DNA of 64,000 nucleotides from Candidatus Lustribacter sp. (GTDB lineage Bacteria; Vulcanimicrobiota; Vulcanimicrobiia; Vulcanimicrobiales; Vulcanimicrobiaceae): NCBI GenBank assembly GCA_965277805.1, contig OZ255842.1, positions 1,088,001 to 1,152,000 of the forward strand, read 5' to 3'. Shown piece by piece: positions 20,230 to 29,321 of this stretch (position 1 is its first letter; each line of letters starts with the position of its first letter). The notes under the pieces were generated by a model. It saw only the letters and a program-made list of their open reading frames with translations, ran no database searches and was not told where the DNA came from. The position numbers and the translations under genes were made by a program.

Positions 20230-21434
20230 TCCAACCCACGGCAACGGCGATGCGCCGAACGGCGGTGCGCTTGCCGGTGTTCACGCACGAATCACCCGGC
20301 TTCAGCCGATTGCGTAACGCCAACGTGCTGATGTACTTCCCGCACGGCATCGGCGATTGGGTGCAAGTCTCGAGCATCATCCCGCTGCTCGAACCCTCCA
20401 ACCGCTACTTCATGACGCGCTACGGCGATGATTGCACGGCGCTCATGGATCATCACGCGCAGGTGCAGCCCGTCTACCTCGGCCTCAACGGGACGCAAAA
20501 CGGCGACGGCGCGGCCTTCGGCAACCGGCATTTCGGACTCGATTACGATTCGCTCGACGGTAGCGAACGTGAACTGCACCTGCCGGATTCGCTGGTGGAA
20601 CTCTGCCGCCGCGAACGGATCGATGCGCTCCTCTGGACGTCCTTTCCCGAAATCGGCGGCACGGTGCCGTACCCCTATCACTCGAAGGCGCGGAACATGC
20701 TGCGCTACTTGCTCACGCCGGAGCGCCGCGCGGCATGCGATCTCGGCGCGCCGCTGCCGGCCTCGATCTCGTTCGCCGTCGATCCCTTCGTGCGCGCGTG
20801 GGTGGAGTCGCGTTTGTCGAACTTGCTCGGTTTGCGCGGTCGCAAGCTCTGTCTCATCGCCCGCACCGGCTACACGTCGATCGGCAAGAATTGGGGCCAC
20901 GCGTTTCGCGAGGAGCTGCCGGCGCATAAACGGCGTGAAGGCGAAGAATGCCGCGATTTCATGCGGCTCCTGCGGCAGAAGGACCCATCGTGGATGTTCC
21001 TCGTCGCCGAAGATCGCCTGCTCGCGGGCGACGACAGCATGCGCTCGCGCGACTTGGACGCATATAGTTATGCCGAGATCTTCGGCTCGCTCGACGAACC
21101 GATGATTCCGTTCGGGCTCGTGATGAAGGTGCTGGCTCGCATCGCCCACCTCTGCGTGGGCGTCCCCGTCGGACCGTTCCACGTCTGCATGGCGAATCCC
21201 GAACTTCCCGTGGTCGGCATCTGGATCGAGCATCTGCCGAACTGGTACGAAGAGCCGCGGGCGGGAACCGTTCACGTCATCGGCCGTCACGTGCGCGATC
21301 GCGGTCTCGACCGCCGGCCGGGAAGCTTCGTCGCGAAATCGCGTTTGCAGTATCGAACGATGTACGCCGAAACGCGCGCCATCACGGGCGAGCAGGTGCT
21401 TGCCGCTACGGAGCTGCTACTCGCGAACGGATAG
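20226..21434 (+). CDS. Divergent GT9-like (GT-B fold) glycosyltransferase
   Basis: ATGA overlap; YFPHGIGDWVQ N-terminal motif; C-terminal LCVGVPVGPFHVC...PVVGIW and ITGEQV resemble the GT9 donor-binding domain. Confidence 0.65.
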   Translation: MIQPTATAMRRTAVRLPVFTHESPGFSRLRNANVLMYFPHGIGDWVQVSSIIPLLEPSNRYFMTRYGDDCTALMDHHAQVQPVYLGLNGTQNGDGAAFGNRHFGLDYDSLDGSERELHLPDSLVELCRRERIDALLWTSFPEIGGTVPYPYHSKARNMLRYLLTPERRAACDLGAPLPASISFAVDPFVRAWVESRLSNLLGLRGRKLCLIARTGYTSIGKNWGHAFREELPAHKRREGEECRDFMRLLRQKDPSWMFLVAEDRLLAGDDSMRSRDLDAYSYAEIFGSLDEPMIPFGLVMKVLARIAHLCVGVPVGPFHVCMANPELPVVGIWIEHLPNWYEEPRAGTVHVIGRHVRDRGLDRRPGSFVAKSRLQYRTMYAETRAITGEQVLAATELLLANG

Positions 21435-21483
21435 CGAGTCGAGAGCGCACGCAGAGCGTCGCGAGACCGGCGCCCCCTACCAT
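21431..21483 (+). promoter_or_regulatory. Putative SARP-activated promoter of the eCIS structural operon
   Basis: ATAGCG/AGAGCG/AGAGCG/AGACCG at 21431, 21442, 21453, 21464 (11-bp period); last repeat ends 8 bp before -10-like TACCAT (21478-21483). Confidence 0.55.
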
Positions 21484-21512
21484 CGGCCGACATTCGCCGC
21501 GTGGGAGAATCG

Positions 21513-23201
21513 ATGTCGGTTTTACTGTCATACCCGGGCGTCTACGTAGAAGAACTTCCGAGCGCCGTGCATGCCATCACGGGGGTGCCGACATCGATTC
21601 CGGCGTTCGTCGGACGCGCGCTGCGCGGCCCGACCGACACGGCAACGCCGGTCTCCAGCTACGCCGATTTCGGCCGTCAGTTCGGCGGCCTCGCCGTCGG
21701 CTACCCGATGAGCTACGCCGTGCGCGATTTCTTCGCCAACGGCGGCGGCCAAGCGATCATCGTGCGCGTCTGGTCCGGCGGCCCCGCGTCGTCTTCGTCG
21801 TCATCGAGCTTCAGCAGCTCGTCGCTCTCGAGCGCATCGTCGAGCAGCGGCTCGGGCTTCTCGCTGCCGCAGCAAGCCGACGGCATCGCGCGCACGAACG
21901 AGACCGACCCCGACACGATCGGGCTGGCCCTCCAAGCGCAGAGCCCCGGAACGTGGGGCAACAAGGTCACGGTGGCGGTGTCGATTCCCTCGCCGCCGAT
22001 CGACGCGCAAACGGCCCTCAATCTCGGCTACAGCGATCCCGCGCAGCTCTTCACGCTGCTCGTCACCGACACGGGCTCAGGCACGAGCGAGACGATTCGC
22101 AACGTGTCGGTCGTGGCCGGGCAGCGCCGCCTCGATCAGGTGCTGCTGATGGAGTCGCAGCTCGTGCGGGTGCAGATCGATCCATCGACGCTCAAGCCGA
22201 TCTTGCCCGCGACGGCCCCTGGTGCCTCGAGCACGATTTCGTTGAGCGGCGGCGGCGACGGCGACATCGTCACCGATCCGACCGTCTACGTGCCGGCCGA
22301 CGGCAGCAGCAAAGGCATCTACGCGCTCGAGTACGCCGGCATCTTCAACTTGCTCGCGATTCCGCCCGACAGCGCCACGCCCGACAGCATGCTGTGGACG
22401 TCGTCGGGCGCGCTCTACACCGGCGTCTACCCCTTGGCCCTTGCGTACTGTAAGCAGAAACGCGCGGTGCTGATCGTCGATCCACCCTACGATTGGTTGA
22501 CCGTGCAAGACGCGAAAGGCGGACCGGGTTCGCTCAACCTTGCGGCCGACGGGGATTTCGGCGCGCTCTACTTCCCCATGCTGGTCGAGGCCGACCCGTT
22601 GCGTCAAGGTCAGCTCAACACCTATCCGCCCTCGGGAGCGATCTGCGGCGTCATCGCAGCCACCGACAACGCGCGCGGCGTATGGAAGGCCCCGGCCGGC
22701 ATCGACGCGGGCTTCATCGGCGTGCAAGATCTTGCGGTTTCGCTGAGCGACGCCGATAGCGGTACGCTCAATCCGACCGGAACGAACTGCCTGCGCAATT
22801 TCCCGTTCACCGGCAACGTGATATGGGGGGCGCGCACGATGCGCGGCGCCGACCAGCTCACCGACCAGTACAAATACTTGCCGGTCCGGCGCTTGGCGCT
22901 CTACCTCGAACTGAGCCTGCAGCAAGGGCTGCAATGGGTGGTGTTCGAGCCGAACGACGAGCCGCTGTGGTCGTCGATCCGTCTCAACGTGCAGTCGTTC
23001 ATGCAGGAGCTGTTCAAGAAAGGCGCCTTCGCCAGCACGACGCCCGCCACGGCGTATCTCGTCAAATGCGACAGCGAGACCACGACGTCGACCGATCAAG
23101 CCAACGGCGTCGTAAACATCCTCGTCGGCTTCGCGCCGCTCTATCCGGCGGAGTTCGTCGTTTTGCAGATCCAACAACTCGCCGGACAGACGGGGAGCTA
23201 A
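21513..23201 (+). CDS. eCIS contractile tail sheath protein (Afp2/3/4-like)
   Basis: YPGVYVEE, PPSGAICG, RGVWKAPAG, WGART, YLPVRRL, WVVFEPNDEPLW, PAEFV; GGAG RBS before ATG 21513. Confidence 0.96.
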   Translation: MSVLLSYPGVYVEELPSAVHAITGVPTSIPAFVGRALRGPTDTATPVSSYADFGRQFGGLAVGYPMSYAVRDFFANGGGQAIIVRVWSGGPASSSSSSSFSSSSLSSASSSSGSGFSLPQQADGIARTNETDPDTIGLALQAQSPGTWGNKVTVAVSIPSPPIDAQTALNLGYSDPAQLFTLLVTDTGSGTSETIRNVSVVAGQRRLDQVLLMESQLVRVQIDPSTLKPILPATAPGASSTISLSGGGDGDIVTDPTVYVPADGSSKGIYALEYAGIFNLLAIPPDSATPDSMLWTSSGALYTGVYPLALAYCKQKRAVLIVDPPYDWLTVQDAKGGPGSLNLAADGDFGALYFPMLVEADPLRQGQLNTYPPSGAICGVIAATDNARGVWKAPAGIDAGFIGVQDLAVSLSDADSGTLNPTGTNCLRNFPFTGNVIWGARTMRGADQLTDQYKYLPVRRLALYLELSLQQGLQWVVFEPNDEPLWSSIRLNVQSFMQELFKKGAFASTTPATAYLVKCDSETTTSTDQANGVVNILVGFAPLYPAEFVVLQIQQLAGQTGS

Positions 23202-23207
23202 CGCACA

Positions 23208-23729
23208 ATGCCGGAGTTTAGCGTCAATCCCAAGCGCTTCGATCCCTACAAGAATTTCAAATTTCGCGTCAAGTGGGACGGCAAGTACGTTGCCGGGATG
23301 AGCAAGGTCAGCGCGCTCAAACGCACGACCGAAGTCGTGAAATTTCGCGAGGGCGGCGACCCGAGCACCTCGCGCAAGTCGCCGGGCCGCAGCGAGTTCG
23401 ATGCGATCACGCTCGAGCGCGGCGTGACGCAAGACCTCGAATTCGAAGCGTGGGCGAATAAAGTCTGGAACCTCGGCGCGGGCCTCGGGTCGGAAGTGTC
23501 GCTGGCGGATTTTCGTAAAGACGTCATCCTCGACATGTTCAACGAAGCCGGCCAAAAGGTGATCTCGTACAAGATTTTCCGGTGCTGGGTGTCGGAGTTT
23601 CAGGCGACGGCCGATTTCGATGCCAACGCGAATGCCGTGCTGATCCAGCACATCAAACTCGAGAACGAGGGCTGGGAACGCGACGAGAGCGTCGTCGAGC
23701 CGCGCGAGCCGACCCTCAATCCGAATTAG
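23208..23729 (+). CDS. eCIS tail tube protein (T4 gp19-like, Afp1/5)
   Basis: DPYKNFKFRV, REGGD, ITLERGVT, FEAWA, LENEG. Confidence 0.96.
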   Translation: MPEFSVNPKRFDPYKNFKFRVKWDGKYVAGMSKVSALKRTTEVVKFREGGDPSTSRKSPGRSEFDAITLERGVTQDLEFEAWANKVWNLGAGLGSEVSLADFRKDVILDMFNEAGQKVISYKIFRCWVSEFQATADFDANANAVLIQHIKLENEGWERDESVVEPREPTLNPN

Positions 23730-24428
23730 GTGGCTTCCGTGCTGGCGCTGCCGGATGCATCGTCGCTGCTGGACGTGTGGGAACGCGGCGAACGCGAACA
23801 CGCGATCGACCGTGCCCTCTCGCTCCTGGCCGCGTTCACCGGCCTGCCGCGTGCCGGCCTCGCCGCGCTCGGCATCCATCAGCGCGACAGCCTCCTGATT
23901 CGCAGCCGCATCCTCGCGTTCGGCAACCTGCTGACCGGCGTCGTCGATTGTCCCGCGTGCGCGGCGGAGTTGGAACTGGAGTTGACGCTTACCGAGCCGC
24001 CCGAACTTCCGTCCGGCGGCGCGCTCGCCGTTGATGGGCGCAGCATCGCCTTTCGCGCCCCCGACAGCTACGATCTCGCCGCCGTTGCGGTGTGCGCGGA
24101 TGTAGAAGAAGGCCGAGCGCTCCTGCGCGCGCGTTGCATCGCGGCCGATGCACCGCTCTCCGAGGATGCGCTGCTCGCTGCCGAGAGCGCACTCGATACG
24201 CTGTGCGATCCGGCGACGATCGGCGTCAGCGCCACGTGTCCGGCCTGCGCGACGCCGTTTGCGCCGGCGATCGATATCGCGACGATCTTGTGGCGCGAGA
24301 TTGCGACCTACGCGCAGCGCGTGTTCGACGAAGTGCACGTGCTCGCGTTGCGCTACGGCTGGACGGAAGCCGAGGTGCTCGCGCTCCCGGACGTTCGCCG
24401 GCGCCGGTATGTCGAGACGTTCGCATGA
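23730..24428 (+). CDS. eCIS assembly protein (CxxC chaperone-like N-terminus plus DUF6760-like C-terminus)
   Basis: Two CPAC motifs; C-terminal EVHVLALRYGWTEAEVLALP..RRRRY; position directly after the tube gene. Confidence 0.7.
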   Translation: MASVLALPDASSLLDVWERGEREHAIDRALSLLAAFTGLPRAGLAALGIHQRDSLLIRSRILAFGNLLTGVVDCPACAAELELELTLTEPPELPSGGALAVDGRSIAFRAPDSYDLAAVAVCADVEEGRALLRARCIAADAPLSEDALLAAESALDTLCDPATIGVSATCPACATPFAPAIDIATILWREIATYAQRVFDEVHVLALRYGWTEAEVLALPDVRRRRYVETFA

Positions 24429-25048
24429 CCGCATTCCTCACGCGCGTCGCGGAACGCGCGCTCGGGCGCGGCAACGCGCTGCGCCCGGTCGTGAACCGCT
24501 ATCTCGTCGCCGTGCGCGACGACGACGCCCGCGGCACGCTCGCGCCTGCGAACGTCCCGGCGGTTACGCCGAACGGCGGCTCGGTCAAGCTGGAGACGCC
24601 GCTGCGCGTGGGTCGCGGTGACGCACCGCCACGCGATGATGCGCGGGCACGCATCGATGCCGGCGTCGTGACGGCGGACGCCGCCGCCGTGCGGCAACCA
24701 ACACCGGCGGCAGCGAGCGCGGAACTGGTGCACCTCATGCCGCAGCCCGCCGATTCGGCGCGCGCGGAGGCGGAGCGCTCGCAGCCGGACCGCGCGCAAC
24801 CCGAGCGCGTGTCGTCGCAGGTGCGCACCGAGCCGCGACTGTTGCCGCTCGAACGTGCGCCGGCGTCCATCATCGAGCGCGCGCCCTCCGGTGCTCCTGC
24901 CGAGCCGCCGACGGTGCACGTGCATATCGGTCGTATCGACGTTCGCGCGATCGAGGCATCGCCGGCGAAACCGGCGCCGGATCGAACGGCGCCGCGCGGT
25001 CCGTCACTGGCGGAACACTTGCGCGCCCGGGAGCGCAACGTCCGTTGA
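24425..25048 (+). CDS. eCIS-associated hypothetical protein, largely disordered
   Basis: ATGA overlap; MTAFLTRVAERALG...VHVHIGRIDVRA...SLAEHL. Confidence 0.65.
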   Translation: MTAFLTRVAERALGRGNALRPVVNRYLVAVRDDDARGTLAPANVPAVTPNGGSVKLETPLRVGRGDAPPRDDARARIDAGVVTADAAAVRQPTPAAASAELVHLMPQPADSARAEAERSQPDRAQPERVSSQVRTEPRLLPLERAPASIIERAPSGAPAEPPTVHVHIGRIDVRAIEASPAKPAPDRTAPRGPSLAEHLRARERNVR

Positions 25049-26334
25049 GCACGGCATTGGCGCTGGCGGCGACGTCACGCGTGATCGCCGCGGTGATCGA
25101 CGACGCCGTGGCTGCCGCACGCTCCGCGTTGCCGGGCATTCTCGGTGCCGCGACCACGACGTCGTCGCCTCCCGACAAGCTCGACACGTCGATCGATGGC
25201 GAAGTGACGAATCTCAACCTGTTTCTCTATCACGTGACCTACAATCAAGGCTGGCGCGAGGCCGGGCTGCCCACCCGTGACGGCAACGGCAACGCGATCG
25301 GACGCGCGCCGCTGGCGCTCGACCTGCATTACCTCCTGAGCGCGTATAGCGCCGGGGACTACGAGGCGCAGATGATGCTCGGCATCGGCATGCAAGCGCT
25401 GCACGAGATGCCGTTTCTGTTCCGGCAAAAGATTCAAGACGTGTTCGCTGCCGCGGCGACCGATGTCGACAAAGCACTCGCGACGGCCGATCTGCCCAAT
25501 CAGCTCGAGTTGATGAAAATCACGCCGCAACAGCTGACGACGGACGAACTGGCCAAACTCTGGACCGCGTTCCCGAGCAAGTTCCGCGTTTCGGCGGGCT
25601 ATGAAGTGTCGGTTGCGCTGATCGAAACGAAAGCGCCGTTCACGGCGCCGCTGCCGGTACTGACCTCGAACGTCACGGTCGTGCCGTTCAGCGAACCGTC
25701 GATCGACGCGATCGTGCCGCAAGCCATCGCGTTCGCGCCGGGCGCATCGATCGCGCTGCTCGGCAGCAATTTGCCCGGATCGAACACCGTCGTCATCTTC
25801 GATGGCGCGCCGTCCCTGCCGCAAACGCCCACGGTCGTCGGGAACGGCGCATCGGTCACGGTGCCGCTGCCGGCGTTGCCCGCCGGCATCAACACGCTGC
25901 ACGTTTCGCGCGAGGTCGATCTCGACGGCACACCGACCCCGTTCGCAGCGTCGAACGTCGCATCGTTCGTGCTGCAGCCGGTCATCCAGCGCGATACGAC
26001 CGCCCCATTCCCCTACCTGATCGACGTGAGTGCGGCCGATCCGTCGACCGGTGTCGTGTCGGTGACGGTCAGCATCGATCCGCCGCTGGTCGCCGGTCAG
26101 ATGGTGTCATTGTTGCTCACGCAGCTCGGCGCCGTGCCGCCGGCGACCGCGTTGTCCTACATGTTCGATGCGGATCCGGCGGACATCACGTTCCCCGGAT
26201 CGGTCATCTTTCGCACGCTCGGGGTAGCAACTGGATTCGACTACCTGGTGCGCGTGCGGGTCGACGGTGCGGATAGCCCGCTCGACATCGATCCCGTCAC
26301 GAAGCAGTTCGTCACGCCGGCGGCGGCCTTCTGA
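25045..26334 (+). CDS. DUF4255/Pvc16-like tail terminator (cap) with C-terminal Ig-like (IPT/TIG) domains
   Basis: LNLFLYHV..NQGWR, PLALDLHYLLSAY, ELAKLW, SAGYEVSVALIE; beta-rich tail ending YLVRVRVDGADS. Confidence 0.88.
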   Translation: MSTALALAATSRVIAAVIDDAVAAARSALPGILGAATTTSSPPDKLDTSIDGEVTNLNLFLYHVTYNQGWREAGLPTRDGNGNAIGRAPLALDLHYLLSAYSAGDYEAQMMLGIGMQALHEMPFLFRQKIQDVFAAAATDVDKALATADLPNQLELMKITPQQLTTDELAKLWTAFPSKFRVSAGYEVSVALIETKAPFTAPLPVLTSNVTVVPFSEPSIDAIVPQAIAFAPGASIALLGSNLPGSNTVVIFDGAPSLPQTPTVVGNGASVTVPLPALPAGINTLHVSREVDLDGTPTPFAASNVASFVLQPVIQRDTTAPFPYLIDVSAADPSTGVVSVTVSIDPPLVAGQMVSLLLTQLGAVPPATALSYMFDADPADITFPGSVIFRTLGVATGFDYLVRVRVDGADSPLDIDPVTKQFVTPAAAF

Positions 26335-28088
26335 TGCAGGTACTCGACCCGGCCGCCGGCCTCGCCGATGCAAACCAGCGCGCGTTGATGCGGGAAATCG
26401 CGCGTCTGCGCACGCTGCTCGATGACGGTCCCGCCGCACCCGCGGACTCCGAAACGCCGCCGGCGCTCGACCGCGTCTGCCGGACGTTCGAGCTCTCCGC
26501 CTTCGAACGCGCGATCCTCGTGATGTGCGCGGCGATGGAACTCGACGGCTCGTTCCGCGACCTGTGCGCGGCGGCCAACGGTGATCCGGCGCGTCCGTAT
26601 CCAACGTTCGGGCTGGCGCTCGCGGCATTGCCGGACGCGCATTGGAGCGCCGTCACCCCGCAGGCGCCGCTCCGCCGCTGGTCGCTGATCGCGGTCGGTG
26701 CCGAACCCTCGCTGATCTGCGCTCCGCTGCGCATTGACGAGAGCATCCTGCACGAACTGGCCGGCGCCGGAGCGGTCGATGCGCGGCTCAGGCCGTTGCT
26801 CGCTTCCGCCGGCGCGCGCCCCGATCTCTCGGGCGAGCAGCTCGCGGCCGCGAAGTGCGTGGCTGCGCTGCTCGAGCGTGTGCGCAACGAACCCCCGCTG
26901 GTGCAAATCGTCGGCTCGGATGCGGCGGCGAACGCTGCCATCGCCGCTGCCGCGTGTGCGCTGCGGGAACAGCGCTGTGTCGCGCTCGACGCCCGCACGC
27001 TCCCGCGCGATCCTGGCGATCTCGAGCGCATTTCCGTTGCGTGCGCGCGCGAGTCGCGCCTGCACGATGCCGTGCTCTACCTCGATGTTAGCGGCATCGA
27101 CGAAGGACCCGACCTGCAGCTTGCCATCGTGTTCGGCGAACGCACCGAAACGCCGGTGATCGTCGGCGCGCGCGACACCGTAATTTTTCCGCGCCGCGGT
27201 GCGAACGCCGTTCCGGCGGGCAATGCGTCTCCCGGCGATGCGGACCATCCCTCGGCGGTCGTCACGGCCGCGCGCGCACGGCTCGATGCGCTCGCGCAAC
27301 GACTGCCGCGTGACGCCGCTCGGGCGCTCGTGCTGCCGGCCGCACAACGGATGCTGCTGGCCGACATCGTGAGCCACGCGCGCAACCGCACGCGCGTCTA
27401 CGATGAGTGGGGCATGGGCGGCGCGGGTGCATCCGGCTTGAGTCTCAGCGCGCTGTTTCACGGTCCCAGCGGCACCGGCAAGACGCTCGCCGCGCAAGCG
27501 GTGGGCTACGCGCTCGGTCTCGACGTGTACCGCGTCGACCTCAGCCGCCTCGTCAGCAAGTACATCGGCGAGACAGAAAAAAATCTGCGTCGCGTTTTCG
27601 ATGCGGCGGAGGACGCGCGCGTCGTGCTGCTCTTCGATGAGTGCGACGCCGTCTTCGGCCGGCGCGGCGAGGTGCAGCACGGACAAGACCGCTACGCGAA
27701 CTTGGAGGTCAGTTACCTCTTGCAGCGCATCGAAGCCTACGACGGCGTCGCTATTCTCACGACGAACATGCGCAACGCGCTCGACCCGGCGTTCTTGCGC
27801 CGCATTCGCTTCGTCATCGCGTTTCCGTTCCCGGACTTCGAGCAGCGGTTGGCAATTTGGGAGCGGTCGTTTCCGGACGCGGTGCCGACCGAGGGCCTCG
27901 ATTTTCGTAAGACCGCGCGGCTCAACGTCGCCGGCGGCAACATCCGCAATATCGCGCTCAACGCGGCCTTCCGCGCGGCGGACGCGCGGCGGCCGGTGCG
28001 CATGGAAGACGTTCTTCACGCAGCGGTTGCCGAATGTTTGAAGATCGAACGCAAGCCGAGCGATCTCGAGATCGGCGGCTGGCTATGA
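26334..28088 (+). CDS. eCIS AAA+ ATPase (Afp15/Pvc15-like)
   Basis: N-terminal winged-helix-like region (FELSAFERAIL...PTFGLAL); GPSGTGKT, SKYIGETEKNL, LLFDECD, DRYANLEVSYLLQRIE, DPAFLRR. Confidence 0.93.
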   Translation: MQVLDPAAGLADANQRALMREIARLRTLLDDGPAAPADSETPPALDRVCRTFELSAFERAILVMCAAMELDGSFRDLCAAANGDPARPYPTFGLALAALPDAHWSAVTPQAPLRRWSLIAVGAEPSLICAPLRIDESILHELAGAGAVDARLRPLLASAGARPDLSGEQLAAAKCVAALLERVRNEPPLVQIVGSDAAANAAIAAAACALREQRCVALDARTLPRDPGDLERISVACARESRLHDAVLYLDVSGIDEGPDLQLAIVFGERTETPVIVGARDTVIFPRRGANAVPAGNASPGDADHPSAVVTAARARLDALAQRLPRDAARALVLPAAQRMLLADIVSHARNRTRVYDEWGMGGAGASGLSLSALFHGPSGTGKTLAAQAVGYALGLDVYRVDLSRLVSKYIGETEKNLRRVFDAAEDARVVLLFDECDAVFGRRGEVQHGQDRYANLEVSYLLQRIEAYDGVAILTTNMRNALDPAFLRRIRFVIAFPFPDFEQRLAIWERSFPDAVPTEGLDFRKTARLNVAGGNIRNIALNAAFRAADARRPVRMEDVLHAAVAECLKIERKPSDLEIGGWL

Positions 28089-28342
28089 GGGGCCCGCGCA
28101 TCGTCGTCACGATCGGCGAAGTCCGCCTGCACGGTTTCGATCCGCGCGAACGCGCGGCGATCGGCGCGGCGCTCGCCGGCGAGCTGCAGCGGCTCTTCGC
28201 TGCGCAACCGCCGCCGCCGCTGGCGCGAAACGTTCGCCGCATCGATGCGGGCACGGCGCCGGCGCCGCGCTCCGGCGCCCCCGCGCGCGTGGCGGCGAGC
28301 GTGGCGGCCGGCGTCCATCGCGAGGTGAAAGCGCTATGCTGA
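28085..28342 (+). CDS. Small eCIS-associated hypothetical protein
   Basis: ATGA overlap; IVVTIGEVRLHGF...GELQRL. Confidence 0.65.
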   Translation: MRGPRIVVTIGEVRLHGFDPRERAAIGAALAGELQRLFAAQPPPPLARNVRRIDAGTAPAPRSGAPARVAASVAAGVHREVKALC

Positions 28343-28968
28343 AGGGCGGCATCGTCCTCGTGGATTCGACGACCTCGGCCGTGCTGCAGGTCATTTCGCT
28401 GCAGTACAATCCCGAAACGATCACGCGCACGCTGGCGGTGCAAGGCGTCGGCGCGGACAGCGGCCCGCACGTCGATCAGCTCCGGCTCAAAGGGCCGCCG
28501 ATCGAAACGATCAAGCTCGATGCCGAATTCGACGCGGCCGACATGCTGAACGCGCCGCAGCAGAATCCCGTCGTCGTGCAGAACGGCATCGGCCCGGTGC
28601 TCGCGACGCTCGAACTCATCATCTATCCGACGAGCACGCAACTGCAAACCGCGAACACCAACGCGCAGAACGGCACGCTCGAGATCATCCCGATGGACGC
28701 GCCGCTAACGCTCTTCGTGTGGAGCAAGTCGCGCGTGGTCCCCGTTCGTTTCACCGAGTTCAGCATCACCGAAGAGATGTTCGACAGCGCGCTCAACCCG
28801 ATCCGCGCGAAAGTCTCGCTCGGCATGCGCGTGCTCACGATCGACGACCTCACCTTTTCCTCGGCCGGGGGCAGCATCTACATGGCCTACCAGCAGCAGA
28901 AGGAACGTCTCGCCCGGTCGGCCGCCGGCGGACGTCTCTCGGCGCTGGGGATCGCGAGCATCCCGTGA
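28336..28968 (+). CDS. CIS tube-initiator-like protein (Afp7/Pvc7 N-terminal-like)
   Basis: LQYNPETITR, LFVWS, SITEEMFDSALNPIRAKVSL. Confidence 0.85.
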   Translation: MLKGGIVLVDSTTSAVLQVISLQYNPETITRTLAVQGVGADSGPHVDQLRLKGPPIETIKLDAEFDAADMLNAPQQNPVVVQNGIGPVLATLELIIYPTSTQLQTANTNAQNGTLEIIPMDAPLTLFVWSKSRVVPVRFTEFSITEEMFDSALNPIRAKVSLGMRVLTIDDLTFSSAGGSIYMAYQQQKERLARSAAGGRLSALGIASIP

Positions 28969-29321
28969 ACGATACGCTTACCGCGCTGCTCTCCGCCGGA
29001 GCGGTGCCGCAGACGGCTTACGCCCCGAACAGCCGGTACTACGGTCCGGCTCCCCTCACATACACGGCGCCCGACGGAACCACGGTCAACTACGTGCCGC
29101 GCCGCTTCATCCCGCAGCCGGCGAGTTTTTCCACGATCGGCGTGCACGCCGTGGCCGCTGGCGAGCGCGTCGACGTGATGGCGACGCAGTTCTTCGGCGA
29201 TCCGCTGCTGTACTGGCGCCTCTGCGATGCGAACCTCGCGCAGCGTCCGGACGATCTCGAAGCGCCGGGCCTCGTCATTCGCATCACGCTGGCCGCCGCA
29301 TTCGCGAGCCGCGCGACATGA
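28965..29321 (+). CDS. LysM-like baseplate protein
   Basis: GTGA overlap; NSRY, VPRRFIP, HAVAAGERVD...GDPLLYWRLCDAN. Confidence 0.85.
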   Translation: MNDTLTALLSAGAVPQTAYAPNSRYYGPAPLTYTAPDGTTVNYVPRRFIPQPASFSTIGVHAVAAGERVDVMATQFFGDPLLYWRLCDANLAQRPDDLEAPGLVIRITLAAAFASRAT

